This document shows positions 1 to 11,810 of a DNA stretch of 64,000 nucleotides, one piece after another (positions within the stretch are counted from its first letter, which is position 1; each line of letters begins with the position of its first letter). Source of the DNA: Mobula hypostoma (lineage: Eukaryota); NCBI RefSeq assembly GCF_963921235.1, contig NC_086103.1, forward strand, positions 157,604,001-157,668,000. Direction: 5' to 3'. Both the position numbers and the translations under genes were made by a program. Under the pieces are notes generated by a model that was not told where the DNA came from, ran no database searches, and saw only the letters and a program-made list of their open reading frames with translations.

Positions 1-1146
1 CAAAAGCACTGAACATACTCAGAGCCCAGTGTAGTCCGTAGTGAAAAAGTGGAAAAATATGAAATTATAGCCACATCACCTAGATCAGGCCTCTCCTCTA
101 AACTTCTCACTGGAGAAGAATGGCTCTTGTAAGAGAGGCTACTGTGACACCAACGGTCTCTCGGAATGAACAGCAGAAACCAGTGGCCGCAACTGGAGAT
201 GAAGTTCATGGATCCACAACCTCTAAGACCTTGAACAAAAAGGGTATTTATGGAAGAGTGGCAAGGAAGAAACCCTGGCTTTAAAAAAACATACTCTTGG
301 CCATAAAGACTTTGCAAATCATCACTTAGAAGATACGGTAAAGATGTGGAAAAAGGTCTTGCGGTCAGATGAGACTAAAGTGGAACTTAATTGGTCTTGA
401 CACTAAGCTGTAAGTGTGGTGTAAATATAATACTGCAGATCAGCGAGGCAACACCATCCCTACAGTAAACTATAGAGGAGGTAGCATCATGCTATTGGGG
501 AAGCTTCTCAGCAGCAGGGACTGGAAATCGGGTCAGGATTGATGGGAAGATGAATGTTGCTAAATACAGAGATCCTGGATAAAAACTCACTAGTCCTTCC
601 AGAAAGCTTTAACTGGGGAGGAAGTTTGTCTTCCAGCAGTGCAACAACTCAAAGCATACTGCCAGAACAACCATGGAATTGCTTCAGATTAAGAAAATTG
701 ATACCCTTGAGTGACCCAGTCAGATTCCTGACCTTAACCCGATCAAACATCTCTACCAAGACCTCAAGTTTGCTGTCCACCGTCGCTCCCCAACTATCCT
801 GGCACAGCTTGAGCAATTTTGCAAGGAGGAATGGGCAAATCTTGCTCCATCATGTTGAGACAACCTAATAGTGACTCATCTGAAGACTACTGGCTGTAAG
901 AGCTGTGAGAGGTGGTTCAACTAAGTACCAAACCAAAGAGAATGAATACTGTTGAATACTGACATTTCAGGTTTTGAAATTTTGGTTTTACATGCTCTCA
1001 TTTTTCTCCTTTTTTTGGGCTCTATTGTGAGAAAAGAAGCATGGATTCACAAATAAAAATTCACAGTTAAATTGATCAAAATCCATGGTTGTAATCCTCA
1101 TTTCTGTGAACAAAGGGTTACGGCTGAATACTTTTACAGGGCACTG
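1..1146 (+). mobile_element. Decayed Tc1/mariner DNA transposon; 5' part lies outside the window
   Basis: Frameshifted transposase remnants (VKKWK..., VARKKP, DETKVEL, GGSIMLLG, PDLNPI-like). The right terminal repeat ...GCTGAATACTTTTACAGGGCACTG ends at 1146 and is followed by TA. Confidence 0.85.
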
Positions 1147-1689
1147 TATCAGATTGCAGCACTTGTAGCCTGTATGTCTGGTTTATAATCTCCAAATCCT
1201 CGCTCGCTTTCTCTGCAGTTCACCCACTTGTCGCCACCTGCCTCTCTTTTTTTATTTCTTGTCTGCTTCCACCAATATTCCCTCTAATTTGTAATGACCA
1301 GTGTGCTCAAAAATCTTGTGCTATTCAGTTTTTTGCCCAGTGACAACAACATGTGCGCACTGAATTTTTAAGTGGAAGTAAACCTGAAGCTATTCTAAGG
1401 AATAATAAACTATTCCGCTTTAAATTAGCTAGCAGTTCTTTGGAACTTCATACCCTTTGCTTCTTTGGAATTTGACATAGTGGATCAATCATTTCTTCAA
1501 TAAAAACAGTATTTATAAGCTGGTTCTGAAATCCACAGACGAATCATTGCAAACTCCATGTTGTCAACAGCGTTCACCTCAGAAACCCGAAAAGGAAATG
1601 TGATTGTGTACGATCGTAAAATATACATAATATGCCAACAAGGTAAAGGGTGACAACCTTCTATGCGCAGTTTACATTCCTTTGTGCGT

Positions 1690-2000
1690 TAGAAGCAAAA
1701 GATGTGGTGCACGCACACCTTACAGGAGGCATTGGCTTTCACCAATCACCCATCGGCCTCTGCCTCCCAACTCCAGCTCTCTTTCCCCCGCCTCGCTGGC
1801 TTTCACCAATCACCCACCTGCCTCTGCCTCCCCTCCCTTCCCTCATTATACTATCTTCCCTCTCCACGCTCAGTCCTGACGCAGGCTCAAGACCCATAAT
1901 GTTGACAATTCCTATTCCCCGCTCCCCCTCAGCTATAGATGCTGCTCAACACACAGAGCACCTCCAGCAGTTTGTTGGTTTTATTTGGCTATGAATTATT
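1690..2000 (+). mobile_element. Old Penelope-like terminal repeat fragment with a degenerate hammerhead motif (1871-1906)
   Basis: Pyrimidine-rich tract, then CAGTCCTGACGCAGG...ATAATGTTGAC, then ATAGATGCTGC, matching the other copies in the window. Confidence 0.6.
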
Positions 2001-2079
2001 TTATGCAGATGCTGGAACTCTGAAGTAAAAACAGAAAATGCTGAAAATATTCAGCAGATATCAGCAGCCCTGCATACTG

Positions 2080-2375
2080 TTTTACAGCCCCAGTGATGGG
2101 AAGATTGGGGTTCAACTCCCATTACTGGCTGTAAAGAGTTTATACATTCTCCCCGTGACTGTGTGGGTCTCCTCTGGGTGCTCCAGTTTCCCTACCCACA
2201 GTCCAAAAAGACGCACTGATTAGTTAGTAAAATGTGGGCATGCTAAATTGCTGCCAGAAGCACGGCGACACTTGCAGACTGCCCCCAGCACATCCCCTTA
2301 AATTATGTGGTTGTTGACACAAAATGACATATTACACTATGTTTCGATGTACATGTGACAAATAAAGCTAATCGT
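2080..2375 (+). mobile_element. tRNA-derived SINE (V-SINE-like core, Rex1-like tail)
   Basis: B-box-like GGTTCAACTCC, core TTCTCCCCGTGACTGTGTGGGTCTCCTCTGGGTGCTCCAGTTTCCT, tail GTGACAAATAAAGCTAATC. Sister copies occur elsewhere in the window. Confidence 0.7.
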
Positions 2376-2850
2376 TAAAGAGATCTTTAAAATCTCTTGG
2401 AAAGTAGATTGATGAAGGGTCTCTGCCCCAATGTCGAACTTTTATTTCCCTGCATCGATGCCGCCTGACCTGCTGAGCTCCTCCAGCATTTTATATGTGT
2501 TGACAGAATTTCTAGCATCTGCAGAATCTCTTGTGTCTATACATTTTTGATTGATAATTTTTTTATTACCATTAGAACATTTTGGAAATAAAGTTATATT
2601 TTAAGCAAAGGAAATCAAGCCAAGCAGTGCAGAACAGCAGCCAGGACGTCCAGAACTTGTTCAGGCATGCACAGGAATCCCCAACTTGCTCACACCTCTG
2701 TAGGAAATGTTGTCCACACAGCACTAAAAATTCAAGCCAATATCTCATAAAAATGTTTCCATTGAAACCCCTGGTTCTTTGGATTGGATCCAGTGATATA
2801 CAGGATAAGGGATGGAGAAGATGAGTTTATTGACATGTTCAATATCTGAC

Positions 2851-2921
2851 CTTTTTCCTATTCCAGCGGCTTGTTCTTCAAAGAAAACAATCTGTGACAG
2901 GGGCAATGCGATGCAACATTC
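2851..2921 (-). CDS. VPS36: VPS36 coding exon 3 ([23 protein letters not shown]; 71 nt)
   Basis: Recognisable VPS36 GLUE-domain peptide. On the minus strand the acceptor is ...atgcag| and the donor is |gtcaga; the exon starts in phase 0. Confidence 0.95.
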
Positions 2922-3856
2922 CTGCATTCAAAGAAAAAGAAGAAATAATTTAGTAGCTAAACTTCAACAATTCTTCAATTTGGTTTAACAATATGCAGAG
3001 ATCCACTTCCCTTCAGCAAAAAAAAGGGGCAAGATTCTGGAAATACTCAAATAAAAAATAAAATCAGGAAGTTGATCTTCCCACATTTTTGAAAGTATTA
3101 TCTACCTCTCTCTGTCAACATGCACTCTAGTATTTCCTGTTTTTATTTCATTTTCCAGCATTTTTAACTTGACTTCTGAGCAACATTTTGATGTTATAAA
3201 TGTAAAACTGAAAATAATACATTGTGACTAATAATTAATGCAAAAGTATTATCGCCATGTTGTAATTTTATTATTTACATAAGACAATGTGTTGTGATTA
3301 TCTGAGTGAAGTGAGCGACTTGCCTCCAGGCAAGAAGAGGGTAGACAATGAATGTACAATTATATCAGCTGAGGATGATATCCTCCAATACGCAATATCT
3401 GATTACCTTAGCCTACAAAAACTGCATTCAGTAAAATGATCATTTTCCACACCACTCAAATATAAATATGAATAAAAACATTTCATGGTAATTAAATTTT
3501 AGACATTTTCATGAGACGACATAAGTAAACACAAGTAACGACGTTGAGCTGACTTTTGATGACTTTGACAATGGGAGCACAATCTCTGGGTTGTACAGGT
3601 GTTATAAATCTACGTATATTACTAACCTCCGCCGCATAAAGACATGTCACCCTACTCCCTTCAGAATTATAACATTAGAGCTCAAGAGGACAGACCATCC
3701 AATTTCCAATGTTCCAAACTGGTTCTCTACAACTAACTGGATGATACTGCCCTCACCTGGATATGAATATTGAAACAGCAGTAATATTCTCTCTTCCCAG
3801 ATCTTGTTAAAGATCTGTACTTGGTCCCCTCACCTACCAGCTACCCATTCATGACG

Positions 3857-4450
3857 TAAGACCACAAGATTTTGGAGCAGAATTAGGCCATTTGGCCCAT
3901 CGAGTCTGCTCCACCATTTTACCACAGCTGATTTTTCCTCTCAGCCCCAATCTCCTGTCTTCTCCCTATATCCCTTCAAGCCCTGACCAACGAAGCATCT
4001 GTCAACGTCACCCTTAAATATACACAACGACTTAGCTTCCAAAGCTGCCTGTGGCAACAAATTCCACAGATTCACCACTCTCTGGCTGAAGAAATTCCTG
4101 TCACGTCCGATCTAAAAGGATCCCCCTCTATTCTGAGGCGATGTCCACTGGTCTCAGACACTCCCACCATAGGAAACATCCTCTCCACATCCATTCTATC
4201 AAGGCCTTTCACTATTCAATAGGTTTCAATAGGTCACCCCTCATTCTTCTGAATTCTAGTGAATACAGGCCTAAAGCCATCAAACACTCTTCATATGACA
4301 AGCTATTCAACCTGGAATCATTTTCGTGAACCTTCTTTGAACCCTGTCCAGTTCAGCACATCCATTCTGAGATAAGGGGCTCAAAACTGTACACAATGCT
4401 TCAAGTGAGGCCTCACCAATGCTTTATAAAGTCTCAACATTACACCCTTG
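3857..4450 (-). mobile_element. CR1-type LINE 3' fragment
   Basis: Minus strand encodes an RT C-terminal remnant (LYSLEFRRMRGDLIE) and the typical tail ...ATGGGCCAAATGGCCTAATTCTGCTCC. Confidence 0.85.
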
Positions 4451-4688
4451 CAGTAGATGTAATGGGTGGAGCTAAGTTACGATGGCGCTAAAAGGCAACT
4501 CATTTGCTTGCATCTTCGTAAACAGCTCTATTTCTATCTTTGATATCTCTTTTTTTTCCCCTTTCAAGTTTCTTTTGAAGACCCTCACTTGGAATTACAC
4601 TCTGACTTTGGTTCTTTCCGGGAATGGGACCTGCTCTCAGGGCCTCACGACCAGCCGTTTTTCGATATCCCGTCTCTTTTGTATAGGT

Positions 4689-4847
4689 AACAGACACAAA
4701 AAAATGCTGGACTCCTGACGAAGAGTCCCGGCCCGAAACGTCGACTGTACCTGTTCGTATAAATGATGCCTGGACTGCTGCATTCACCAATATTTTTTGT
4801 GTGTGTTACTTGAATTTCCAGCATCTGCAGACTTCCTCATGTCTGCG
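4689..4847 (+). mobile_element. Mini Penelope-derived insert carrying a hammerhead motif (4711-4746)
   Basis: CTGACGA-AGAGTCCCGGCCC-GAAACGTC-GACT. It has a short inverted left end and is flanked by TCTTTTGTA(T/C)AGGT at 4675-4688 and 4848-4861. Confidence 0.8.
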
Positions 4848-5994
4848 TCTTTTGTACAGGTCATACTTTGCCCAGAAGAAGCTCCTCAGCCACACATTCA
4901 CCTGCCAAATCATCCTATTCTTACTCTCACTGGTACGTAGCACAGACAGCAATCCAGAGATTACTACCCTGGAGGTCCAGTTTCTCAGCTTTCTACTAGC
5001 TCCCTAAATCTCTCTTAAGGACCTCCTCACCTTGTCTACCTATGTCATTGGTGCTAATATGTACCAAGACTTTTAGCTGCTCACCCTCGCCCTTGAAAAT
5101 GCCATGGACGCGATCTGAGACATCCCTAATCCTGGCACCAGGGAGCCAACATACCGTCCAGTTGTCTCTATGGTGCCCACAGAACCTCGTTTTTGTTCCT
5201 CTAAGGAGTCTCCTATCAACACTGCAGTCCTCTTCTCTCTGCTCTTCTAAGCCACAGCACCAGCCTCAGTGCCAGAGACCCGGTCACTATGGCTCCCCAC
5301 AAGGTCATTCATAAGAACTAAGAAGCAGAAACAGAAGATAGCTGTAGAGACCGTCCAGCTGGCTCATTGCTGCTGGCTCAAGAAATTCCCACTGACCGTA
5401 TATTAGAAATCCACTTTTCTGCCTTATTCCTATACTGTAGGTAGGAATCATTTGGCATTGCAAAATCACATTTCATGTCTTTAGTGATAATATCCAGCCC
5501 TTCTTCAGCACTTTTCTTGACTGCTCCTCTCTGACTAATCATTCGGTTTGTCTGACAAGACTATCCCAAGTAAGCAGAAATTTCCTTGAGTACTGGGAAA
5601 TGAAGGTGCTATCATTAATCCTCTCTACAAAAATCAAGAATATGCCTCCATCTCTCTCCACGGTAATGGTGAGATACTGAAGTGAATCACTTGCAAGGCC
5701 GCCATTCTGTCTGACTCTGTAAAGATCCTAACCATACATCCACACCATCACCTTCACCACGACTGAAAATCACTTATCGTTGTGCTACTGAAACCCTACA
5801 GGTTTGACTTCTTGTTGTCTAAAGGGCTGACTTCACCTAAAACTTCGGCATCCATTTGTAATACTCACACATAGTTCTGGTCACCCCTCATGCCTGTGCT
5901 GGCTGATCATTGGCTCCTTACCCACTCATGTCTGGAATCTAAAATCCCTAAATTCACAGTGGTTCACTCTCACCTACCTTAGCAATCTTCAGAT

Positions 5995-6298
5995 TTTAAG
6001 ATGAGCTTTATTTGTCACATGCACATTGAGACGTACAGTGAAGTGTGATGTCTGCAACCAGCAAGGATGGTGCTGAGCAGCCCACAAGTGTTGCCACGCT
6101 TCTGGTGCTGACATAGCGTGCCCTAACTAACCCTAACTATTACACCTTCCGAACGTGTGAGGAACAGGAGCACCCAGGGGAAACCCATGTGGTCCTGGGG
6201 AGAACGTACAAACTCCTTACAGACAGAAGTGGGAATCGAACCCCAATTCATGATCGCTGATGCTGTAATAGTGTTACGCTAACCGGTACGCTACTGCC
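5995..6298 (-). mobile_element. tRNA-derived SINE (V-SINE-like)
   Basis: The minus strand starts GGGCAGTAGCGTACCGGTTAGCG (A box) and contains GGTTCGATTCC (B box). It has the same core and tail as 2080-2375. Confidence 0.8.
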
Positions 6299-6554
6299 CC
6301 ACCTTCAACCTACAGCTTTCTGAAATTTCTGTCGTCCTTCAATGCTGCCATCGTAAATATCAATCGTGCCAGCAGCTGCTTCACTAGTGAATTCCCTTAC
6401 TGATCCTCCCTTCTCAATTTAAAACCAATCCCCTTGACCAGGATATGGACACTAGTTCCAAAAGCTCCCATTATTGCTGTTTTACATTTCCACAAGGTAA
6501 GTTCTTGTGAGGCAACTCAGAACTTCAATTAGTAACTTTTCAGAAAGTCAACAT

Positions 6555-8956
6555 GAACACAAGAGATGCTGGAAATCCAGAGAAATATGCAGTAAATGTT
6601 GGAAGAACTCAGCAAGTCAGGCAGCATCAATGGAGGGGAATAAAAACTCAATGTTTCATAGACACAAGAGGTACTGCAGATGCTGGAAATATAAAGCAAT
6701 ACGCACAATGTGCTGGAGGAGCTCAGGAGGTCAGGCAATATCTATAGATGGGAATAAATGGGCTGAGACCCTTCATCCGCACTGGAAAGGAAGGGGGTAG
6801 AAGTCAAAATAAGGTGGGGGAGGAAGTAGTACAAGGTGAAAGGTGAAACCAGGAGAGGGGGAGGGGGTGAAGCAAAGAGCTGGGATGTAGATCATCAGAA
6901 GAGATAAAGGACTGGAGAAGGGGGAATCTGATAGGAGACAGAAGACCATGAAAGGAAGGGAAGGGGAAGGAACACCAGAGGGAAATGATGGGCAGGTAAA
7001 AAGAGGTGTGAGAAGGAATGGGGAATGGTTGGGGGGGGGTGGTAAATACCAGAGGTTTGAGAAATCGATGTTCATGCCAGCAGATTGGAGGCTACCCAGA
7101 TGGAATGGGAAGTAAAATTGAAATGGGTGGCCACCAGGAAATCTTACCTTTTGTGGCAGATGGAGCAAAGATGCTCGACAAAGCGGCCTCCCAATCTTCA
7201 TCAGGTCTCACCGATATACAGGAGGCTACACCTGGAGCACCGAATACAGTAAATGACTCCAGCAGACTCACCTGTGAAGTGTCACCTCACCTGGAAGGAC
7301 TGTTTGGGGCACTAAATGGTAGTCAGGGAGGTGTAGGGGCAGGTGTGGCACTTGTCCTGCTTGCCGGGAGGGAGGTCAGTGGGGAGGGACGTGTGGACAA
7401 AGGAGTCATATAGGGAGTGATCCCTACAGAAAATGGGTGTCGGGAGGGAACGATGCGCTTGGTGGTGGGATCCCGTTAGAAATGGCGGAAATTACAGAGA
7501 ATTACGTGCTAGATGTGGAGGCTTGTGGGTTGGCAGGTGAGGACAAGAGGAACCCTATCCCTGGTGTGGTGGCGGGAGGATGGAGTGAGGGCAGATATAC
7601 GCAAATGGAAGAGATGTGGGTGAGGGCAGCATTGATGATGAAGGAAGGGAAGCCCTTTTTTTGAAGGACATCTCCTTCTTTCGGGAATAAAAAGCCTTAT
7701 CCTGAGAGCAGATGCAGCCAAGAAGGAGGAACTGAGAAAAGGGAATGGCGTTTTTACAAGTGACAGGGTGGGAAGAGGTATAGTCAAGATAGCTGTGAGA
7801 GTCGGTGGGTTTATAAAAGATGTTAGTAGACAGACCGTCTCCAGAGATGGAGACAGAGAGATTAAGAAAGGGGAGAGAGATGTTAGAAATAGATCAGTAA
7901 ATTTGAGGGCAGGGTAGAAGTTGGAGGTAAATTTGGTGAAATTGACGAGCAGAGCATGGGTGCAGGAAGCAGCTCCAATACAGTCGTCAATGTAGCATAA
8001 GAAGAGTGAGGGAGTGATGCCAGTGTAGGCTTGGAACATATACTGTTCCACGTAGCCAGTGAAAAGGCAGGCATAGTTGGGACCCACGCAAGAGCTCATG
8101 GCCACACCTTGGATTCGAAGGAAGTGGGAGGAGCCGAAGGAGAAATTGTTGAGAGTCAGACGGAGGAGAGTGGCGGTGGAGGGGAACTGGTTGGGTCTGT
8201 TGTCCAAAAAGAAGCAGAGAGTGTTAAGGCCCTCCTCATTTTTGCATAAGATTCAACATTTCAGGCTAAGACCCTTCAACAGGATTGCAAAGAAAGGGGC
8301 AGAAGCCAGAATAAGAAGGTGGATGGGTTAGTAGTACAAGCTAGCAGGTGATGGGTATGGAAGGGGGGATGAAATTAGAAGTTGAGAGGGATAGATGGAA
8401 GAGATAACGATCTGAAGAAGACGCAATCTAACAGGAGAGGATAATGGGCCATGGAAAAAAAGGAAATGAGGAGTGGAACCAGAGGGAGAAGATGGGCAGG
8501 TTAATAAGAAAAGGGGTGAGAGGGAATCCAGAAAGAGGAATGGAAAATGAGGGCGGGAGGGAGGGGGAGAAATTACCAGAAGTTGGAGAAAGTGATGTTT
8601 GTGCCATCAGGTTGGAGATAGTGAGATGGAATATGAGGTGTTGCTGCTCCAACCTCAGGCCATGGACAAACATGTCAGAATGGAAATGGGAAGTCAAATT
8701 AAAATGGGTAGCCACCAGGAAATCCTGCCTTTTGCGGTGAACAGAGTGAAGATGCTCGACAAAGCAGTCCCCCAACCTGTGTCAGGTCTCACCAATGTAG
8801 AGGAGGCCGCGCTGGGTTACAACTTGCCAGCTTGTACTCCTTCCCTCCCTGACCATCTTATTCTGGCTCTGCCCCCTTCCTTTTCCAGTCCTGATGAAGA
8901 GTCTCAGCCCAAAATGCCAATTCTATAGATGTATTGCCTGACGTGCAGAGTTCCAC
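6555..8956 (-). mobile_element. Penelope-like retroelement, decayed: RT and GIY-YIG remnants, tandem terminal repeats and an inverted terminal piece
   Basis: ORF 7509-8207 has a Penelope-type RT (NNFSF...QGVAMS...YIDD). A GVIYCIRC...LLYIGET endonuclease remnant lies near 7200-7270. A second repeat copy spans 8250-8810 and an inverted piece about 8815-8956. Perfect 14-bp TSD CAGAAAGTCAACAT at 6541-6554 and 8957-8970. Confidence 0.9.
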
Positions 8957-9033
8957 CAGAAAGTCAACATTTTATTTTAGGTAAAAAAATTAACCTAGCA
9001 CATATCAATTAAAACTACATTCAAGAAACTTAC

Positions 9034-9102
9034 AGTTCTTTTCTGGTCTCTCCAAAGTAATCTGTGTGTGCTAAGAAGAAGAGTTCCCAGGTCAAACTGC
9101 GT
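9034..9102 (-). CDS. VPS36: VPS36 coding exon 2 (TQFDLGTLLLSTHRLLWRDQKRT; 69 nt)
   Basis: Matches the VPS36 motif FDxGTLLLSTHRLIWRDQK. Acceptor ttgcag|, donor |gtaagt, phase 0/0. Confidence 0.96.
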
Positions 9103-9898
9103 CTGCAATAGAGAAATTACAATTAATTTTTCTACAAAGCTTGGAGCACGGTCAACAAACAACAGAAAAGGGGTTCTGTGAGTCAAACTGTTATGCACTG
9201 TATTATCAGGAACTATAGTAAGACTATTTTGCAACTGTAATGTGCAATAGATTTAATAGTGTAATTTTTTTTAATGGAACTGACAGGGTGCCAAAATTTA
9301 GATTAAAAGATCATACAAGCAGATAATTAAGCATTCCAGAAAAGATACAATTGAAAAGACAATTGACTGTTAAATATTAATTCTCTGTTAATAATCTCAT
9401 TTTTTTCCCTTCTCAACCTGGAAAACAAAAACACAAACCACTCTTACTAATACCTCTCACGTGATAACATCTATTCCCGTTCATATAAGTTTGATCTACT
9501 TTTGAAAGCTTCATGACAGACAAACACAATTTATACATCACAGTCTAAACATGTGAAAACCGTTTCTTTAAAACTATTGGTGGGGGGGAACAAAGCAGCT
9601 TGCAAATCCCCCCACAGTGAAGGAATATTCCCTTTTATTCGTCAAATGCTGATGACGTGTAGGTAGCAGTATAAAAACTGAATTCATTTGGAAAGCACAT
9701 GTGGTTGTAAGTTCTTCCCTAAGTATTGCAGAATGAAATATCCAGCTGAAAACTAAATTAAACAATACAACTATGATGTTATAAATTAAAGGTAACTGAA
9801 ATAAGTAATTTTTGTCTGATTTCTCATTGTGGCAGTGTAAGTTTAACTTAGTGAAATTGCAGATCAAAATATTTGCACAGGTTAGCATTGTTCCATGA

Positions 9899-9913
9899 TG
9901 CCACCTGGTGGTC
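9899..9913 (-). promoter_or_regulatory. Candidate CTCF binding site in VPS36 intron 1
   Basis: The minus strand reads GACCACCAGGTGGCA, matching the CTCF core CCASYAGRKGGC, and lies in sequence not recognised as a repeat. Confidence 0.5.
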
Positions 9914-10089
9914 ACACACTGATCCAAATAAAAACGTTGCGAAAACCCTGCGTACCAGTTTGACAGCACTCGTAAACGAGCTAACAACAGAATACAGATT
10001 CTTACACAGGCAGCTACTGCAGCACTCTCAAACAACAAGCAGCAGACTACCTTTCGCAACTTTTAAAATACAAACTAATACCTAGTAAT

Positions 10090-11740
10090 GAATCAGAATC
10101 AAGATCAGGTTTAATAACACCGGCATTTGGCGTGAAATTTGTTGTTTTGTAGCAGTACTACATTGCAATACATAATAAAAAAACTATGAATTACACTACA
10201 TATATTTTATTAAATTAAATAATTAGTGTAAAAAGAGAGGAAAAAGAGAAATTTTTAAAAATGAGGTGATTTACATGGATTCATTGTCCATTCAGAAATC
10301 TGACGGTGGAAGAGAAGAAGCTGTTCCTGAAATATTGAGTGTGTGTCTTCAGGCTCCTGTAGCTCCTCCTTGACGGTAGCAATGTGAAGAGGGTATGTCC
10401 TGCGTGATGGGGGCCACTTTTTTGAGGCATTGCCTTTTGAAGGTGTCCTTGATGCTGGGGAGATTAGTGCCGATGATGAAGCTGGCTGACTTTACAACTA
10501 CCTGCAACTTTCTCCGATCCTGCGCAGTGGCTCCTCCATATCAGACAGCGTTGCAACTAGCTAGACTGCTCTCCACAGTACATCTGTAGATATGTGCGAG
10601 AGTCTTTGGTGACATAAAGAGTTTCCTCAAAATCCTAATGAAATATAGCCGCTGTCACAGCTTCTTGTAATTGTATTAATATGTTGGGTCCAGGATAGAT
10701 CCGCAGAAATGCTGACACCCAGGAACTTGATCAGGACTTCAACCTCCCCTTCCTAAAGCCCACGGTCAATTCCTTGGTCCTACTGATGTTGGGTGTAACG
10801 CTGCTGTTGCAACCCTACTCAATCAGCTGATCTTTCTCACTCCTATATGCTTCCTCGTCATCACCTGAAATTCTGCCAACAATAGTTGTGTCATCGGCAA
10901 ATTTCAGATGACACCCAAGCTGTGCCTAGCCACACAGTCGTGAGTGTCGAGCAGTGGGCTGAGCATACATCTTCGAGGTGCGTCAGTGTCGATAGTCGGC
11001 AAGGAGATGTTATTTCCAATCCGCACTGACTGTGATCTCCCGATGAAGAAGACAAGGATCCAGTTGCAAAGGGAGGTACAGAGGCTCAGGTTTTGAAGAC
11101 CACTATCATGCTGGTGCCAAATAAGGATAAGGAAAAGTGCCTTAATGACTACATCCCGGTGGCTCTGACATCATCATCGTCATGAAGTACTTGGAAACAC
11201 CACACATCAACTCCAGCCTCCCAGATTACCCCAACTAAATACAATTCAACCACCATCTTAATAGGGCCATAACAGGCACCGTTTCCTTGATGCTACACCC
11301 ATCTGTGCAGCATCCGGATAACAAAGGCACTTGTGTCACAATCCAAGTTACTGACTATACCTCCTTTAATATCGTAATTCCATTTCCAGACTCCTGAAAC
11401 AAGGACTCTGCACTCCCTTCTGCAACTGGTTTCTTGACATCTTGGCCAACAGGCCACAATCAGTAGGGATAAGCAACAGCAACTCTTCCACAATTATCCT
11501 CATCACCCGTGCCCCACAAGGCTGTGTCTTCAGCCACCTACTTCACTCCCCACATCTCCATGAATGAGTGGCCAGATTCTGCTTGAACTCCATCTATAAG
11601 TTTGTAGGTGACACCATCGTAAAGGGTCAGATCTCAAACAACAATGAACAGGAAGGAGATATAGAACCTAGTGGCATGGTGTCATGACTCCACCTTTGCC
11701 CTCAATATCAGTAAGATGAAGGAGTTGGTTATTAACATTG
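10090..11740. mobile_element. Rex1/Babar-type LINE fragments (minus about 10090-11095, plus about 11100-11740)
   Basis: (GATTCT)-like tail with AATAAA-type end on the minus arm. The plus arm has NDYxPVALT, GAPQGCVxSxLL and LNISKMKELVI remnants. Confidence 0.7.
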
Positions 11741-11810
11741 TATTTAGAGATGCAGCATGGAATAGAATCTTCCAGCATAACAAACTGCACCACCCAGCAA
11801 CCTACCTATT

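Noticed and set aside
6121-6137. CCCTAA telomere-like units
   Set aside because: Only two units, embedded in a SINE whose sister copies have similar sequence.
9574-10059. 161-aa minus-strand ORF in VPS36 intron 1
   Set aside because: No motif, composition typical of AT-rich non-coding DNA, and VPS36 exons 1 and 2 join correctly without it.
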